Position numbers and translations under genes: made by a program. The notes under the pieces are model-generated. The model was not told the DNA's origin. It saw only the letters and a list, made by a program, of their open reading frames with translations, and ran no database searches. From assembly GCF_009834535.1 (NCBI RefSeq), contig NC_045696.1, forward strand, positions 103,108,001 to 103,172,000: 64,000 nucleotides of DNA, given 5' to 3'. The stretch comes from Camelus ferus (taxonomy: Eukaryota). Shown in pieces: positions 50,320-63,175 of this stretch; positions within the stretch are counted from its first letter, which is position 1, and the number at the start of each line of letters is the position of its first letter.

Positions 50320-52024
50320 GTAAGTAAACTACGTCCTCGTACTAATCACCAATATAATATCACTTCAGAAATTCAGTTCATTTGTTTTTAATCATGTGAT
50401 TTTTAAAGATAAAACTACTTTTATTTTTTAAAGAATATAATTAAGAGTAACAAGTAAGAGTGTAATTTTTATAGTTGTGTCATTTATATAACAATGTAAC
50501 TGTGTAACCAATAGATCTATAATCCCTAACTGTCTTCTTGCAACTACTTAAATTATACTATTATAGATACTCATCCTGTAGATCCCAAACCTGGAAAGTT
50601 TTCACATTTTAACTTTTTTTTCTCAGTAATTTTTAAATGATTATGTAACTTAAATATTTTATTTAACTTTGCTAAAATTCTTTTATCTATAAAGTTAAAA
50701 TAACATTGCAAATGACTTGTAATAATTTATGACATATATAAAGCAGTTAGCACTGTCTGACACATCATAGGTACCAATGATTCATATTAATATTATGTTA
50801 AAATAACTTGATCAACAAAAAAATAGAAGCTGGAAAATCAATTAAAAATAATTAATGGATGCACACATTGGAAAGTGGTCATTTACCTCAAGTCTCTGAA
50901 GCCTGTAGCGTGATACCCGGCATAAGCTGCATTTCAGTAAATGTCCATCATTGCCCTTACCTTTTATATCTCCTATACTTTAATATTTTGTCTATGTAAT
51001 TATCTGCAAAAGCCTACTAGGAAGAATGACTCATGTAAAAGTAGGTGGGGACAGAAGCTTCTCACAGGTAAAAAACATTTTGAAACAAGCAAATCTGAGT
51101 TTATTAAGGATCCAAATCTGAAACAAAATCAGAGCCTAGCTTCATTTATACTCCACTGAATATCAGGATAAATAATTAATTAAAAATTACAATAAATGTC
51201 AGGAAACAAATTATCATAGTGACAGATGTGCTCTTGAAATAGAGCAAAATAAAAGTTTAAAACAATATTGGATAAAGATGGTCCCACTGTCACAAACAAG
51301 TAACTTTTACTTTATTTCAGTATAGTGAAAAGTATATACTTTAAGAGTCAAGAGGTCAGAATCCAGCCCATGGAACAGAACTAACATGTGACTTTGGGCA
51401 ACCACTCAACTTTTTTAAATCTATAATAGTAAGAGGTTTAAATTCATTCTTCACTGGAGTATGCTTTTGTTCTGTTAGAGAGTTTGTTCATTATAAAAAA
51501 TGTCAACTTTCAGAATTTTTTAATCATATTCTATATAAAAGCACTTGACTTAATTTCAGAAAAACTTTTAAGAAGCATTCTTTTAGAGCAATAAAAACAT
51601 TCATGCGTGTGTCTCAGAATATAAGATAGAATTTTCAGAAGTGAGACTGAAGCCAGAGCCTCAGAACTTAAGAATTAATTGTTATTCAGCTCAAGAAAGC
51701 CATTTGTTTATTTAAATTTTCCTGTGACATAGCTATATAGTCATTAATCTCTCACCATGTGAATTTTTGGCAGTCAGCTACTTACCATATTTTTTAAATC
51801 TTTATCTTAATTATGTATCAATAATTAATTATAATCATCTAAAAATCTTCATTGAATTCTAGTCATTTTAAGGGCAGTATTAAATTGTTCTTAATTTGTT
51901 TCATGGGAGATTACTCTTTTCACTTTTTAATAATGTCCTATTTACTGTTCTATAAAGCCCCGTCATAACTGCATAGTTTGAGACATCATTTAATGTAGAT
52001 ATGTCCTTTTCTCTTTTTTGGCAG

Positions 52025-52206
52025 CATCTTATACAAACAAGCCTCACTGTGCTAGTGAGTACCATAATGTTCAGTCTATGGACAGTGTGTGCTGGCCTGC
52101 TTCCAGCCAGATTCCTCCTGTATCCACACCAGTAACTGAACTTTCTCGAATTTGTTCCCTTGTTGGAATGCCGCAACCGAATTTCTCCTTTCTTAGAACA
52201 GCACAG
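52025..52206 (+). CDS. XRN1: XRN1 coding exon (~37)
   Basis: ggcag|CA...CAG|gtatag; SYTNKPHCASEYHNVQSMDSVCWPASSQIPPVSTPVTELSRICSLVGMPQPNFSFLRTAQ. Confidence 0.95.
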
Positions 52207-52460
52207 GTATAGTATACTACAATTTCATTTACATAAGTTATTTAACACTGAGCTTAAATAAATTGAAAATCTTTTGCTAGAAATAATACAGTGGAGCTGA
52301 TTTTTTTTTACTTTATGAGCAGCATAAATTAATACTTCTCACTCTGGCTCTTCCATTTATGCATAACCAGACCCCTCAGAAAGACGGACAGAGGAACCTA
52401 GGCAGCGGGTAGTCGGGCAAGATTCTTTAGATTGATAGAGCTGGGGATCTTGGTCTACAG

Positions 52461-53058
52461 CAGCAGGTTTCAAACTTTTTGGTCTCAGAAACTCCCCACC
52501 TTTTTTTGAGGATTCCAAAGAACTTTTGTTTACTTGTGTTATAGCCATAGTTGTCAAATAAAAAGTTAAAACTGAGAAAAAAGTTTAATATTTCTTGTTT
52601 ATTAAATAAAACTTTCCAAAAAAATTTAGTGAGAAGAGTGGTATTGCTCCACATTTTTGCAAATTTTTCCCATTGTCTAGCTTAGCAGAAGAAACTAGAT
52701 TATCAAATCTGCTTCTTACCTTGTAATACATGGTTTTTGTTGAAATATATGAAGAAAATCTGGCCTCACACAAATAAATAGTTGGAAAAGGGAGAGAATT
52801 TCAATAGCCTTTTCATGAATTGTGGATATTCTTTAATACTACAATAAAACATGGTATTTTTCTTAAAAGTTCATTGCAATGTAGAATCTTAAAATTATGT
52901 CAGTAAACCTTTGTCCTCTGTATGCTTGTGAGAAAATGAGAGTGAAAATGGCAAATAGCATCTTCGTGTTACTATGAAAATGGTTTGGACCTCAAAGATC
53001 CCCATGAAGGGTATCAGGGACTTCCAGGGTCCTCCAACTACACCTTGAGAACCACCAC
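52461..53058. mobile_element. hAT-Charlie deletion derivative
   Basis: Termini cagcaggtttcaaactttttggtctcag ... cacaccttgagaaccac-like; internal gagaagagtggtattgctccacatttttgcaaat. Confidence 0.7.
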
Positions 53059-53333
53059 AAGAAAGTCATTTTATCCTTGTTATATCCAAATTCTTGATCC
53101 ATTCTTGCCTAAAACAGAAAGCAATATTCAACTAATAATACTACATAAAAATGGCTACCTTTTGAAAAAGTAGAATTTTTTTTAAATCTTTTTTATAAAA
53201 GAAAAAATGTGTATTGTGAAGAGTTAATCATTTAAATGTAAATATAAAGTCATTTACAACTTCTGAGTCTTTTAGATTTTGGCAGTTAATTCATATTAGC
53301 AAAATAATCTGCTATTTATAGGATGATGGAAAG

Positions 53334-53532
53334 CAGAGATCAAAAAATGTTTCTGTAAATGGTCAGATACTAAATATTTTAGGCTTATGGGCCATATGGT
53401 CTCTGTCACAACTACTCACCTCTGCAGTTATAATTTGAAAACAGCCATAGGCAATGTGTAAGAGTGGACTTGGCTATGTTCCAATAAAATCTTACATACA
53501 AAACCAGTGAAAGGCCTAGTTTCCCAATCCTA
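53334..53532. mobile_element. MER58A-like hAT-Charlie element
   Basis: taaatattttaggcttatgggccatatggtctctgtcacaactactcacctctgc...ggctatgttccaataaaa. Confidence 0.85.
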
Positions 53533-53819
53533 GACATAAAGAAGAAAGTTCTGTTGGCTTTCATTTACATTAGGATGCTTAACCCTTCAGATAGCTTAGA
53601 GATCGTTTTAATTTTGTAAACATTGAAAGATAAGGCAACAGTTTTAAAGCTTTTGCATGGCAACCTAAAACTGAAGCTGATAGCCCTTTTTTTAATTCTT
53701 GAACTGTTTTTTTACAGAATGTTAGGTGAAATTGTTCTACTTATTTAGCCTAAGCTTTGGAGGAGGAGGTCGACTTCTTAGACAGATAACTTCATAAACA
53801 TTCATGTTCTTTTTTCTAG

Positions 53820-53933
53820 ACAATGACAGTTTGCCAGGTAAAATTATCTAATGGCTTACTGGTACATGGGCCACAATGCCATTCTGAAAATGAAGCCAAG
53901 GAAAAAGCTGCATTTTTTGCTTTACAACAATTG
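53820..53933 (+). CDS. XRN1: XRN1 coding exon (~38)
   Basis: tctag|ACA...TTG|gtgaga; TMTVCQVKLSNGLLVHGPQCHSENEAKEKAAFFALQQL. Confidence 0.96.
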
Positions 53934-54024
53934 GTGAGAACTGTCCATGACTTCTCTACTAAATCTTTAATTAATCCCTCTATGTTTTGTTGCATTGTCT
54001 TATAACTTTTAAATATTTCCATAG

Positions 54025-54127
54025 GGTTCTTTAGGAGTGAATTTCCCTTTGCCTCCACCAATATTTCCAAGTTATCCTCCTGCTATACCACCTGGAACCA
54101 TTCCTCCAGTTTTTCCTCAACCTACTG
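54025..54127 (+). CDS. XRN1: XRN1 coding exon (~39), proline-rich
   Basis: catag|GGT...G|gtaagg; GSLGVNFPLPPPIFPSYPPAIPPGTIPPVFPQPT. Confidence 0.95.
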
Positions 54128-55059
54128 GTAAGGTATTTTGCTCTTCTAAATGTTTGTTACTGAGTTATTGTTTTTAGAAAGTCCTTTTAAGAAGCATCAT
54201 TCGGAGGAAACCAAAAAAATTATCTAAATGTCTAGGGGATTTAAGAAGTTGTGAGAAAAAAAGAAAAAAAGTAGTTGTGAGAAGTAAGCCTGCAACCAGA
54301 TCCTGTAGATTCATCTAGAAATACGAGTGCCCTCCTACAGTCTCTTGTGTGGCTAGATAGAGTAGGACAGTTCTTTGTTCTAGGTGACCCAGTAGCTGCC
54401 AGCACCCGAATCTGTGCTTAAGGTAGACATGAAAAACAAAGGAGCAGCGGGGGGAGGTGGGGAGAGGAGAAACAAGAGATGAAGGGAACACAGTACAGAT
54501 AAGGCTTTGAAGCTGTGGATTTAAAAGAAACCGCCCTTGATGATAGAGATAGAGTAGAGGGGATTTTAAGCTTACTGTATGTATGTTTCTTAATATTCTC
54601 TCACAATTGTCTTCCTCCTTCAAACGTAGTGCCTGAGTTTCAAGCAGGTAGCTCCCTGTAGTCAGTTGGTGACTTCCTGATCTGCTGGGGGAATGGAAAG
54701 GTCACTGTGGAGTCAGGACTCTCTTTTTGTTCAGGCTCTTTTATTGAGAAAATCCTGTAACTTCTTGGGATTCCATTTTCTTATTTATACTAGATATTGT
54801 CCAGGATCTCTTTGAGACTAACATTTTATAATTTTTTAAATTCTAAATCTCAAGTTTATTAAGCATTGCTTTTATCACTCCTCTTTTTTAAATTGCTTCT
54901 TCATATCTTAATCATTTTCATTTTAAAATCAATAATTTGTTTTTTTTTTAAGTTGAGAAAATTACTTTTCTGAGTTTCCTAAATGCCAGATATTATTCCA
55001 GGAGCTCTGCGTTATCTAATCTTCAACATTAGAAAGGTGTAATAATGCTGAGTAAACTA

Positions 55060-57130
55060 GTTATCTCTTCTCTTTGCCTAAACTCTATTAAACTGAATAA
55101 TAAATGTTTTTAAAAGTGTAAACCTACAAGGACAAAGAGATGAGAAAAGAAATAGCAAATTAGACATTTGGAAAGACTTTGTGATGAGAAAAGCAGTTAA
55201 AGAAGTAGTCATCAATTTATAATAGCAGGATTATGCTACAAACTGAAGTGTATAAAAGAGTATACATATGAGCAGATAAGCAGATTGTCCCTCACAGTTC
55301 CCAAGAGATTCAGAACTCTGAAATGTCAGAAGCTGTCAGAGCTTCAGATGAGACATAGGCCACAAAGAGGGCGTTGGTTCAAAATCTATAACAGGAGTGA
55401 GGGGCCCCTCCTCTGCACAGTCAAGCAGTCAGCCTCTCAGGCAAAAGACTGGAGGTATGTTCTCCAGAGCGTTCCCTATGGACCATGGGAACACTAGGTG
55501 CAGAGTAGAGGATGTGATACTAGACTGGAAACTGAGATTAAGTAAAGTTCCTTTTCCCCATCCTATTCCCAGGCTGTAGCCAGCCATAGCCCAGATAGGA
55601 AATTGGAGGATAGTTTGAGAAATTCGTGGAACTCCAGAGAAGACACTTACTGACTTTTTGAGGATGTCCCAACCAAACGGCTGGCTCACCATTCGGTCAT
55701 TCTAGAGAGAAGCCCTCATGTCATCTAGCCCTGCTCCCTCCCCACAGAGACAGTGCTTCTAATCACAGTTCTAGTGTCTTGTTCTTGGAATAAATACTAG
55801 ACTGTGAGAGATCACTAAACAGTTTAGGAAAATCTCTAAAAGAGCCCAAAATAAAGATAAACGAAAGGGATATGGAAACAGAGATAATGTAGGAAACAAG
55901 AGGACTTCAAAGACAGCTTTGCTTAATATTCTTATTGAAATAAAACAATATTGCAGCCAAAAAATAAGAACAAGAATGTATGAAAAAACCTATAATTAGA
56001 GAACAAAACTTAAATTGTTGAGCCAAAATTTTTTAGTTCAGTAAATAAAGCCCTAGCAAAGCCAAGGAAATCTCAGGAAGAAGATAAAAGGTGGAAAATA
56101 AGAAAGGAGGGAGGTTTGGAGGAACAGTCCACAGGTCCAGTACCCATCTAATTGGAGTTCCAGAAAAAGAGACCAGAGATAATGGAAAGGAGGAAAGTTA
56201 CCAAAGAAATAAAGTTTCCTTGGACCAAAAGACATGCATCTTTAAATGAAAAGGGCCACCACACTCTTTGGCACAATGAATGAAAAGAGACACAGATTGC
56301 CTTAAAATTTAGAATATCACTGATAAAGAGATGTGCTAAGAGGTCAGCAAGGAGGGAGAAATACATATGAAAGATCAAGATTCAGAATGGTGTTGCGCTA
56401 TTGAACAGAAACTAGAAGCTAGAAAGCAACTGAGCATTGAATACCTCAAAATCCTGAGGCACCTTTGTTAAGAATAACTATGCTCTACACCAGAAATTAA
56501 CACAACATTGTAAACTGACTATACTTCATTTAAAAAAAAAAGAAGCAGCAGCAGCTGCTACTGGATTATATGCCCTACTAAAACAAAGCATTACCTGAAA
56601 AAAAGAAAAAGAAAACCATGAAACTGACCACAGGATCTCTCATCTACTTACGCAATGAAATCCTGGGATACCAGCTGCTCAACAGGTCTAGAAAGTAACT
56701 AGTCTCAATTGGAAGAGCAGAGTGAGGTCTGGGCAGGTAAGATGATGATCTGATACGTGGGCAGCATTTGGAAAAACATTAAGGATTGATGCATAGAAGA
56801 CTAAGGAACTTTTAAAAGGTGGTTACTATTAATACAGTTTTTTAAAAAAAGTTTTACAAGGAAAAAAAAATACATAATCAGAGTACCCAACTTGGCATTG
56901 CAGTGATAATAGTATACAATCACATACCACAAACACTGTTTGTATTTATAAACAAATATTATGATATGCTTACATAGGGAGGACAGGGCAAGTAGTGAGA
57001 GGTGGTATAAAAGAACTGAATTTTGATCTATCTTAATAGGAAGTCAGTAGGTCTAAAAATGCCTAAAATTGAAAAATTCCTAGGAGTATAAGCGAATTAT
57101 TGAACAGTGTAGAAATAAACAGCTAAAACA
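55060..57130 (+). mobile_element. Old HAL1/L1M-like relic
   Basis: A-rich ORF1-like motifs: catctaattggagttccagaaaaagagaccagagataatgga...; aactagaagctagaaagcaa; boundaries approximate. Confidence 0.5.
56480..56541 (+). mobile_element. Short young L1 3' terminus
   Basis: gctctacaccagaaattaacacaacattgtaaactgactatacttca plus A-tail; near-identical to the 3' end at ~22327-22385. Confidence 0.8.
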
Positions 57131-58077
57131 GTTAAACCTGGGATGGAAAGGTGACTGCTGTATTATATTGAAAACTCTTTTTATTACAACATGTTTTTTT
57201 CTTTGATTTTTTTTAAATGCAATTTGTCTAAGGTCATTAAGTTACTAAGTAGACAAACTAGCATTCAAAAGCAAGTCTATCTAATTACAAAATCCATGCT
57301 TTTGTTGCTGTACTACGCTGACATTCCTTTGCCTGTATAAACAATGTTTAGTCATAAAATTTGTATGACACACTGGATGTGATGTTTTCATAAAGCTTAA
57401 GGTAGTCCACTATAACTTAGAAAATCTAATTTGACTGCTTTTTCACTTTAAAAAATGAATCCAGCAACTATATATAATTTTAAGTAATTAGTATATGTAG
57501 GTTACCTAAAGATGTACCCACAAGCTTCTTTCTAAAAGAATTTGTATTATTAGAATATATTATCAAAAAGGACTGATTGTTTTCCTATTTATTATCGATA
57601 ACTTAAAGCTTGATATTTTTTCCTTTTTTTGTTGATTATTGAGTTTACATTCATTATTGTATTATGTTTATTATTATATTCATACCTACCAAGAATTTTT
57701 AAAGTTTAATTGGAATTCTTTTGGTCTTGTGCTCTCCGCTTTTCCAGTTATAATACATGACATATGATATAAAAGCCAAGAGATTTGAATGTTAGTCAGG
57801 AGAAGAAAACTTATGCATCAGATTAAGATTTTAAAGCTATTTTATAGATTTCTATTTTAAGGTATGAAAAAGTCTCAATGAAATAAATGGAGAAAAATAT
57901 ATTTTATATTTAAGACAGTGACTATTGGGAAATTAAGTTGACCTATATATGAGATTAATATAGCATCTTTTAAATAGATCTTCTTAATATTATAACTCCT
58001 ACCAAAGTTGTTTATAGGTAGTATCAAGACATAATTTTCTAACTCTTATTAGTGTTTTTTATATTAAAAGTGTTCTT

Positions 58078-58229
58078 GGGGGAAGGGTATAGCTCATGTG
58101 GTAGAGCACATGCTCAGCATGTATGAGGTCCTGGGTTCAATCCCCAGTACCTCCATCGAAAAAGTAAATAAACAAACCTAATTACCTCCCTCTGCAAAAA
58201 TAAAATAAAATAAAAGTGTACATATAAAA
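58078..58229 (+). mobile_element. tRNA-derived SINE (vic-1-like), full length with TSD
   Basis: gggtatagctcatgtggtagagc...gaggtcctgggttcaatccccagtacctcc, then A-rich tail; TSD aaaagtgttctt at 58066-58077 and 58230-58241. Confidence 0.92.
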
Positions 58230-58424
58230 AAAAGTGTTCTTTATCCTGGAATTTGTGCATGTGTAATTCATAGCACTGAACAATATTATGATTCCTCTCT
58301 CCTGATCCAAACATTTCTTAGTGGCTGAATTTTAGTTAAGCTATACTGTCTTACAGTTCTGGCTGCCTTTTACATACCTTCTTCAGTGTCAATGTGCTGG
58401 TGTCTGGATTGTCATTATTTAATG

Positions 58425-58595
58425 CAGGAGTTCCCAAATGCTGCACTGGTACTGACTGCATAAGAATCACCTGTGGAACTTATTAACAGTACAGATTCTT
58501 GGGCCCCACCGAGTCTGGTGCACTAGATCTGGGGCCTTTGTATTTTATAAGCTCCCCATATGATTCAGTTACACAAATAGAGTCTGGGAACCATG
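58425..58595. mobile_element. MER5-like hAT-Charlie element
   Basis: caggagttcccaaa...gaatcacctgtggaacttattaa...cagattcttgggccccacc...tgggaacca. Confidence 0.7.
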
Positions 58596-58736
58596 ATTTG
58601 ATACACTTCTAGTGAGAAACTAAAAAATTTTTTAAATTCTTGAATTACAAATATTAGAATAGGGAAGAGAAAGATTCTGCATGTCATATGAAAGTGATCA
58701 GATTTTAAGACTTGAGCTTTTTTGGTTTTTTTGTAG

Positions 58737-58775
58737 GCTGGGATCACTATGGAAGCAACTTAGCATTGGGGGCAG
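58737..58775 (+). CDS. XRN1: XRN1 39-nt symmetric exon (~40), likely alternatively spliced
   Basis: tgtag|GC...G|gtgaga; (G)WDHYGSNLALGA, matching human GWDHYGSNYALGA as recalled. Confidence 0.9.
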
Positions 58776-59132
58776 GTGAGATCCTTAAGATTTCTCTCTT
58801 TATGCACTCGCTTTTCTCCCCCAAAGGACAGTTTCATGACCCTTTTATTATTTTTGTAAATAGTATTACAAATATTCCTAAAGCTGATGTCAGTATATGG
58901 TACTGGCCTTCATAGACCAGACAGCGTAATGATAAGCTGACTTCTGTGGTTGGTTCACAGTCTTAAGGGGGCTCCTGAGATTGAATGTTGTAAGCAAGAT
59001 TAATCAGAAGTTAAGTATATGCCCTTTGCCAAAATGAAAAAAGCCAAAAAAAGGTAGCAGAAGAAGGTGTTAAAGTTCAGGGCTTTAATGATACTGTTTA
59101 TTAAGACAGAGCTTTTCTATGATTTTTAACAG

Positions 59133-59293
59133 CTAATATAATGCCTTCATCATCTCATCTCTTTGGCTCAATGCCATGGGGACCACCAGTGCCAGTTCCT
59201 GGGAAGCCCTTCCATCATACTTCATACACCGGGACCATGTCCATGGCTGGGGGAATGCCAGCTGGTGTGCACAATCAGTTCATACCTCTGCAG
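59133..59293 (+). CDS. XRN1: XRN1 coding exon (~41)
   Basis: aacag|CT...CAG|gtgaga; (A)NIMPSSSHLFGSMPWGPPVPVPGKPFHHTSYTGTMSMAGGMPAGVHNQFIPLQ. Confidence 0.96.
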
Positions 59294-59777
59294 GTGAGAC
59301 CTGAAAGAGAATTAGTGTATTTTTAAGAGAATTAATGTTTTTTTAAACTACAGAAAGACCACTGATAAAAATTTGTTTATTCAGTAACTACTATTCAGTA
59401 CCAAATAGAAGCCCAGTACTAGTCTGGGTACTGAGAATATATTTTGACCAGTAGTGACCAGTCTGACCTGGTCCCTGCTGTCTGAGTTTGTGTTCTAATA
59501 AATAATAATAATTGCAGCAAATAATAATATCCTTTTCTAGAAGAAAGTAATTTAAAATCAGGACTATAAATTTTATTTATATTTAAGTTATGGATAATTT
59601 TTAAACATTTTACTCATAACTAAATTCCTTGGATTTCTAAAGTTTGGTTTGGAGATCATAAGCGCAAGTCACAAGTCAACAGTGATTGACAAGTATTAGC
59701 AGCATGGTTTATGGTATTTTCTGATACTAGCTTTTTTTGCCTACATTGTTAATGAATGATGCTTTTATTCCTTAAAG

Positions 59778-60080
59778 GTGACTAAAAAAAGGGTTGCAAA
59801 CAAAAAGATCTTTGAGAATAAGGAGGCCCAGAGTTCTCAAGCAACCCCACTTCAGACTAGCCAGTCAGCATCTTCTGATGTCACCAAAGTGATTCCACAG
59901 GAGAATTCATCAGTTTCCTTAAAATCCTCTCAGATTGCTCAGCCTGTATCTTCTTTTCAAGTTGAAGCTGCCTCCCCAGGTCATAGCACGTCTCACCATA
60001 AGTCAACACCAAGCTCTTCTTCAAGAAGAAAATCAAGAAAACTGGCTGTCAATTTTGGCGTTTCTAAACCTTCTGAATAA
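59778..60080 (+). CDS. XRN1: XRN1 last exon, coding part (~42), including the C-terminal EDC4-binding region and stop
   Basis: taaag|GTG; VTKKRVANKK...SSSRRKSRKLAVNFGVSKPSE then TAA at 60078-60080. Confidence 0.97.
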   Translation: MTKKRVANKKIFENKEAQSSQATPLQTSQSASSDVTKVIPQENSSVSLKSSQIAQPVSSFQVEAASPGHSTSHHKSTPSSSSRRKSRKLAVNFGVSKPSE

Positions 60081-60257
60081 GTTTGGTACTTGAAATTAAA
60101 TTAATTTCTTTCCTTTCCTCTCATCTTTTTATAAATCCATATCTGTGTCTCATAAATTACAATGTACTATTTTAAAACAGTATGTTTCAATTAAATTTTT
60201 TTGACTTTTTTAGTTGTCAGGCACTTTTCATGCTATTTAAAAGACAGTACATCAAAT

Positions 60258-60325
60258 TGTGCATCTTAAGTATGTGCAGTTTGTTTTACATCAATTATAC
60301 CTCAATTAAGCTGTTAAAAAAAAAG
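60258..60325 (+). mobile_element. L1 3' terminal fragment inside the 3'UTR
   Basis: atgtgcagtttgttttacatcaattatacctcaattaagctgtt followed by an A run. Confidence 0.6.
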
Positions 60326-60443
60326 ACTAAACCTTGTTTTAAAATAATATCAGTGGACTAAGCATTTAAGTGTACCACTCTAACCATTGGCTTCATCATT
60401 AGACGCATCCTAAACTATGAATTAGACATCATATTGCAATAAT

Positions 60444-60449
60444 AATAAA
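60444..60449 (+). terminator. Candidate proximal polyadenylation signal
   Basis: First AATAAA after the stop, about 365 nt downstream. Confidence 0.4.
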
Positions 60450-62071
60450 CATTTTTTACACTGTCATTGAGGGATAATTAAATGGAGCATGAAAATTGGG
60501 CCTCAAGTGTAATTTACTGAAGTGGATTTTATCTCTCTATTTAATGATCTAACAGAATTGTGAGGAGAATGGCTCTTATTTATAAGTATTTTTACTTCTG
60601 TTGTCTCTAAAGGTCCTTTAGACCTGCTGTGAAGTAATCACACTTGTTGTGGTGCTGCCAGTTTTGCTTTATTCTCAATTTTGTACCAAAGCAATTTCAG
60701 AATACTAATCAGAATGTTTCATTTAACTGCTTAGAACTATAAATAGCAATCTAGATTTGAGTAAATAATTACAATTTTTTAGATTATTCAAGAACCAGCA
60801 TTAGTAATTTCTAATAAAATTAAGTTTCAAAGTCTACAGGGTATAATGATTACAAATTAATCTTCTAATAGAATAAAGTACAAAATATTAATCATGTCAT
60901 TAATTAAAATAAATTGTGTTATTCTTTTGTATAGCTTTTTTACCTGCTTACTTAAACATACATGAGAGCTCCATGTTGGTCCATGAGTAGTGCTTCCTGG
61001 GACTGATGGAATTCTAAATTTTTTAAAATTCCAAGGTGTGCACAGGCACAATCAGTGTATAATGTGTATTACTTACATGACAAATGCCTGTCTCATTCTC
61101 TTTCCCTATTTTTAGCTTTATGCTGAACTGTTCAGTGACTCTGGCATTTTGTCTTTGCATGTCACGTGTGGGTGTATGTTGTGTAAGCTGTGGCTGTTGA
61201 AATTATTTTAGAATTTATGAAAATTTCTCAGTGGTACCAGGGCCTGAGTTTTTATATATATATATATATATTTATGCTTTAGTTTTTGTGATATGCTTAT
61301 ATTTTTAAGGAAGTAAATTATCATACTTTTTTAAAAGTAGGAACCACAATTTTTGTATGGAGCTGCTTATTACATCCAGTTTCATTTAGCTCATTGTAAA
61401 CTCGGCCATGAGTCATAGTCTGTTCTTTTTTTAAAAAGCTGGTATTGAATTAAATGGATTCTTTTCTCTAACTGCTAATTTTAGAGTTTCTCTAAATGTT
61501 AATAGGATATTTGTATATTAGTAGTGCCTTTAGTATAAGAGATATATGTTCATTATTTGTCATTTATTATAGTCATGTAAGTTTCTGTGAATTTATTTTC
61601 TATTAATTTCCTGGGTTCAGATGTTTATTGGTTCCCAACGTTTCCTTATTGGGAATGTTTATCTGTAGTGGAATCTTGAGTAATGAGGCTCAAGTAAGTC
61701 TCAGTGTTTGTCCTTATTGCCTCACAAACTATTTTTTTAAAGGAAACATCCATTACCAGGACTACAATACAAAGAGTTTAAATTGTAACAATAATGTTAT
61801 GTTAACTTTTTACAACTTTAAAGTGTGTAATATTTTTCACCTTACTTAACTGTATAAACTCCAGCATTCAAGAATTGCCTCATTCATCATGGCTATGTGA
61901 CAGCTCTGTAAACAGTGTACATCCCACATCTTTTTTAGAGCACAGAAGGAAGAGCACATGCCGTCTTATGAAAACTCCAAGACAAATTTTGGTAAGCATA
62001 GTGCCACTGAACCCATAGGATATTTCCTCAGTATTGAAGCAAAGCAAGCTGACAACTCTAGACAGATAAGC

Positions 62072-62077
62072 AATAAA
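62072..62077 (+). terminator. Candidate polyadenylation signal
   Basis: AATAAA followed by a GT/T-rich tract (gtggtttctttttgttccttct...). Confidence 0.4.
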
Positions 62078-62571
62078 AGTGGTTTCTTTTTGTTCCTTCT
62101 CTTTTTTTTTAATCTATTATTCTAAAGGTCAAGATTGAAGATAGATTAAAATAGGAGAGAGCTCCATAATGACTAGGTAGTGTCAGGCATTCATCTGACC
62201 TTTTCCCCTTGTAGACCTATTCGGAATAGGGCCTGAGAGCAATAGGAGATGTGCCCTCTCTGGGGAGGATGGAAGAGGTAGAGGCTGTTTTTATCTCATG
62301 ATGCTCTTGAGGAGACTAGCTCCACTGATAGATTGGGAAACTTACAATTTTTCTTTTTTTGGATGAGGCAGACTCAAACTATCTTAGAGTTTAGAAATAT
62401 GCCCACTCAACTGTTGAATCTGCTGTGGACTTTCTGTGAAACCACGGACTATATTGAAGAGCAGACTCCCACAAATTCTTTATATTTCTACATAACTAGA
62501 GCAGTTACTCAGTTTAAACCTTCCTCTACTCACTGAAACATTATTTCTAAATATCCTTCAGTAAGGTTTTT

Positions 62572-62575
62572 ATTT

Positions 62576-62612
<37 letters not shown>

Positions 62613-62613
62613 T
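62572..62613. repeat. (GTTTT)n simple repeat
   Basis: Directly visible. Confidence 0.85.
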
Positions 62614-63169
62614 GAGCAAATTAAGTGAATTTTAAAGATTGGTCCTTCCAGTTTCATTGTTCCTTTTCACCATTCCCTACATTACCTGGTCATTACCTGA
62701 GTTTTATAATTTAACAGCTAGAATGTGTTGATTGACTTAAACATGTAGATACAAGTCTTAAACATCTGAGACTCAGTTGCATGAGAAATTAATTTTACCT
62801 CTGTGTATGCCTTGGTTTCAATTTAAGACTTTCATTGCTTTTCAGAGGCATAGGTAGTTCTTTTAGAAACTGATAAGGAGATCTGATTTTTCCTGTTGGT
62901 GGGAGAGATGAAGAACTCTTGATGCAAGTTTTTTTGTTTATTTCCTCTTTTATGATCAGGCACTTGCTTTGGTTTTAGACTGATATTTTTCCAACTAATC
63001 TAGAGTCTTGGAGGGGGCAGAAGGGGAGGTAATTGGAAGAAGGAACCAGTTAAATAAGACCTATCCAGTCACTGCATTTTTCAGACTATAATATATCTTT
63101 CTAGCTCAAGGAAATAGATAAGCTACATGTCTTTTTTAGTCACTCACTTTTAAATTATCTGTTTGTATT

Positions 63170-63175
63170 AATAAA
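63170..63175 (+). terminator. Candidate polyadenylation signal
   Basis: TGTA immediately upstream, then AATAAA, then CA dinucleotides and GT/T-rich sequence. Confidence 0.45.

Noticed and set aside
58078..58160. tRNA-like sequences with A/B boxes (also near 14620, 14960, 30660, 35620)
   Set aside because: These are SINE heads with tails and TSDs, not functional tRNA genes
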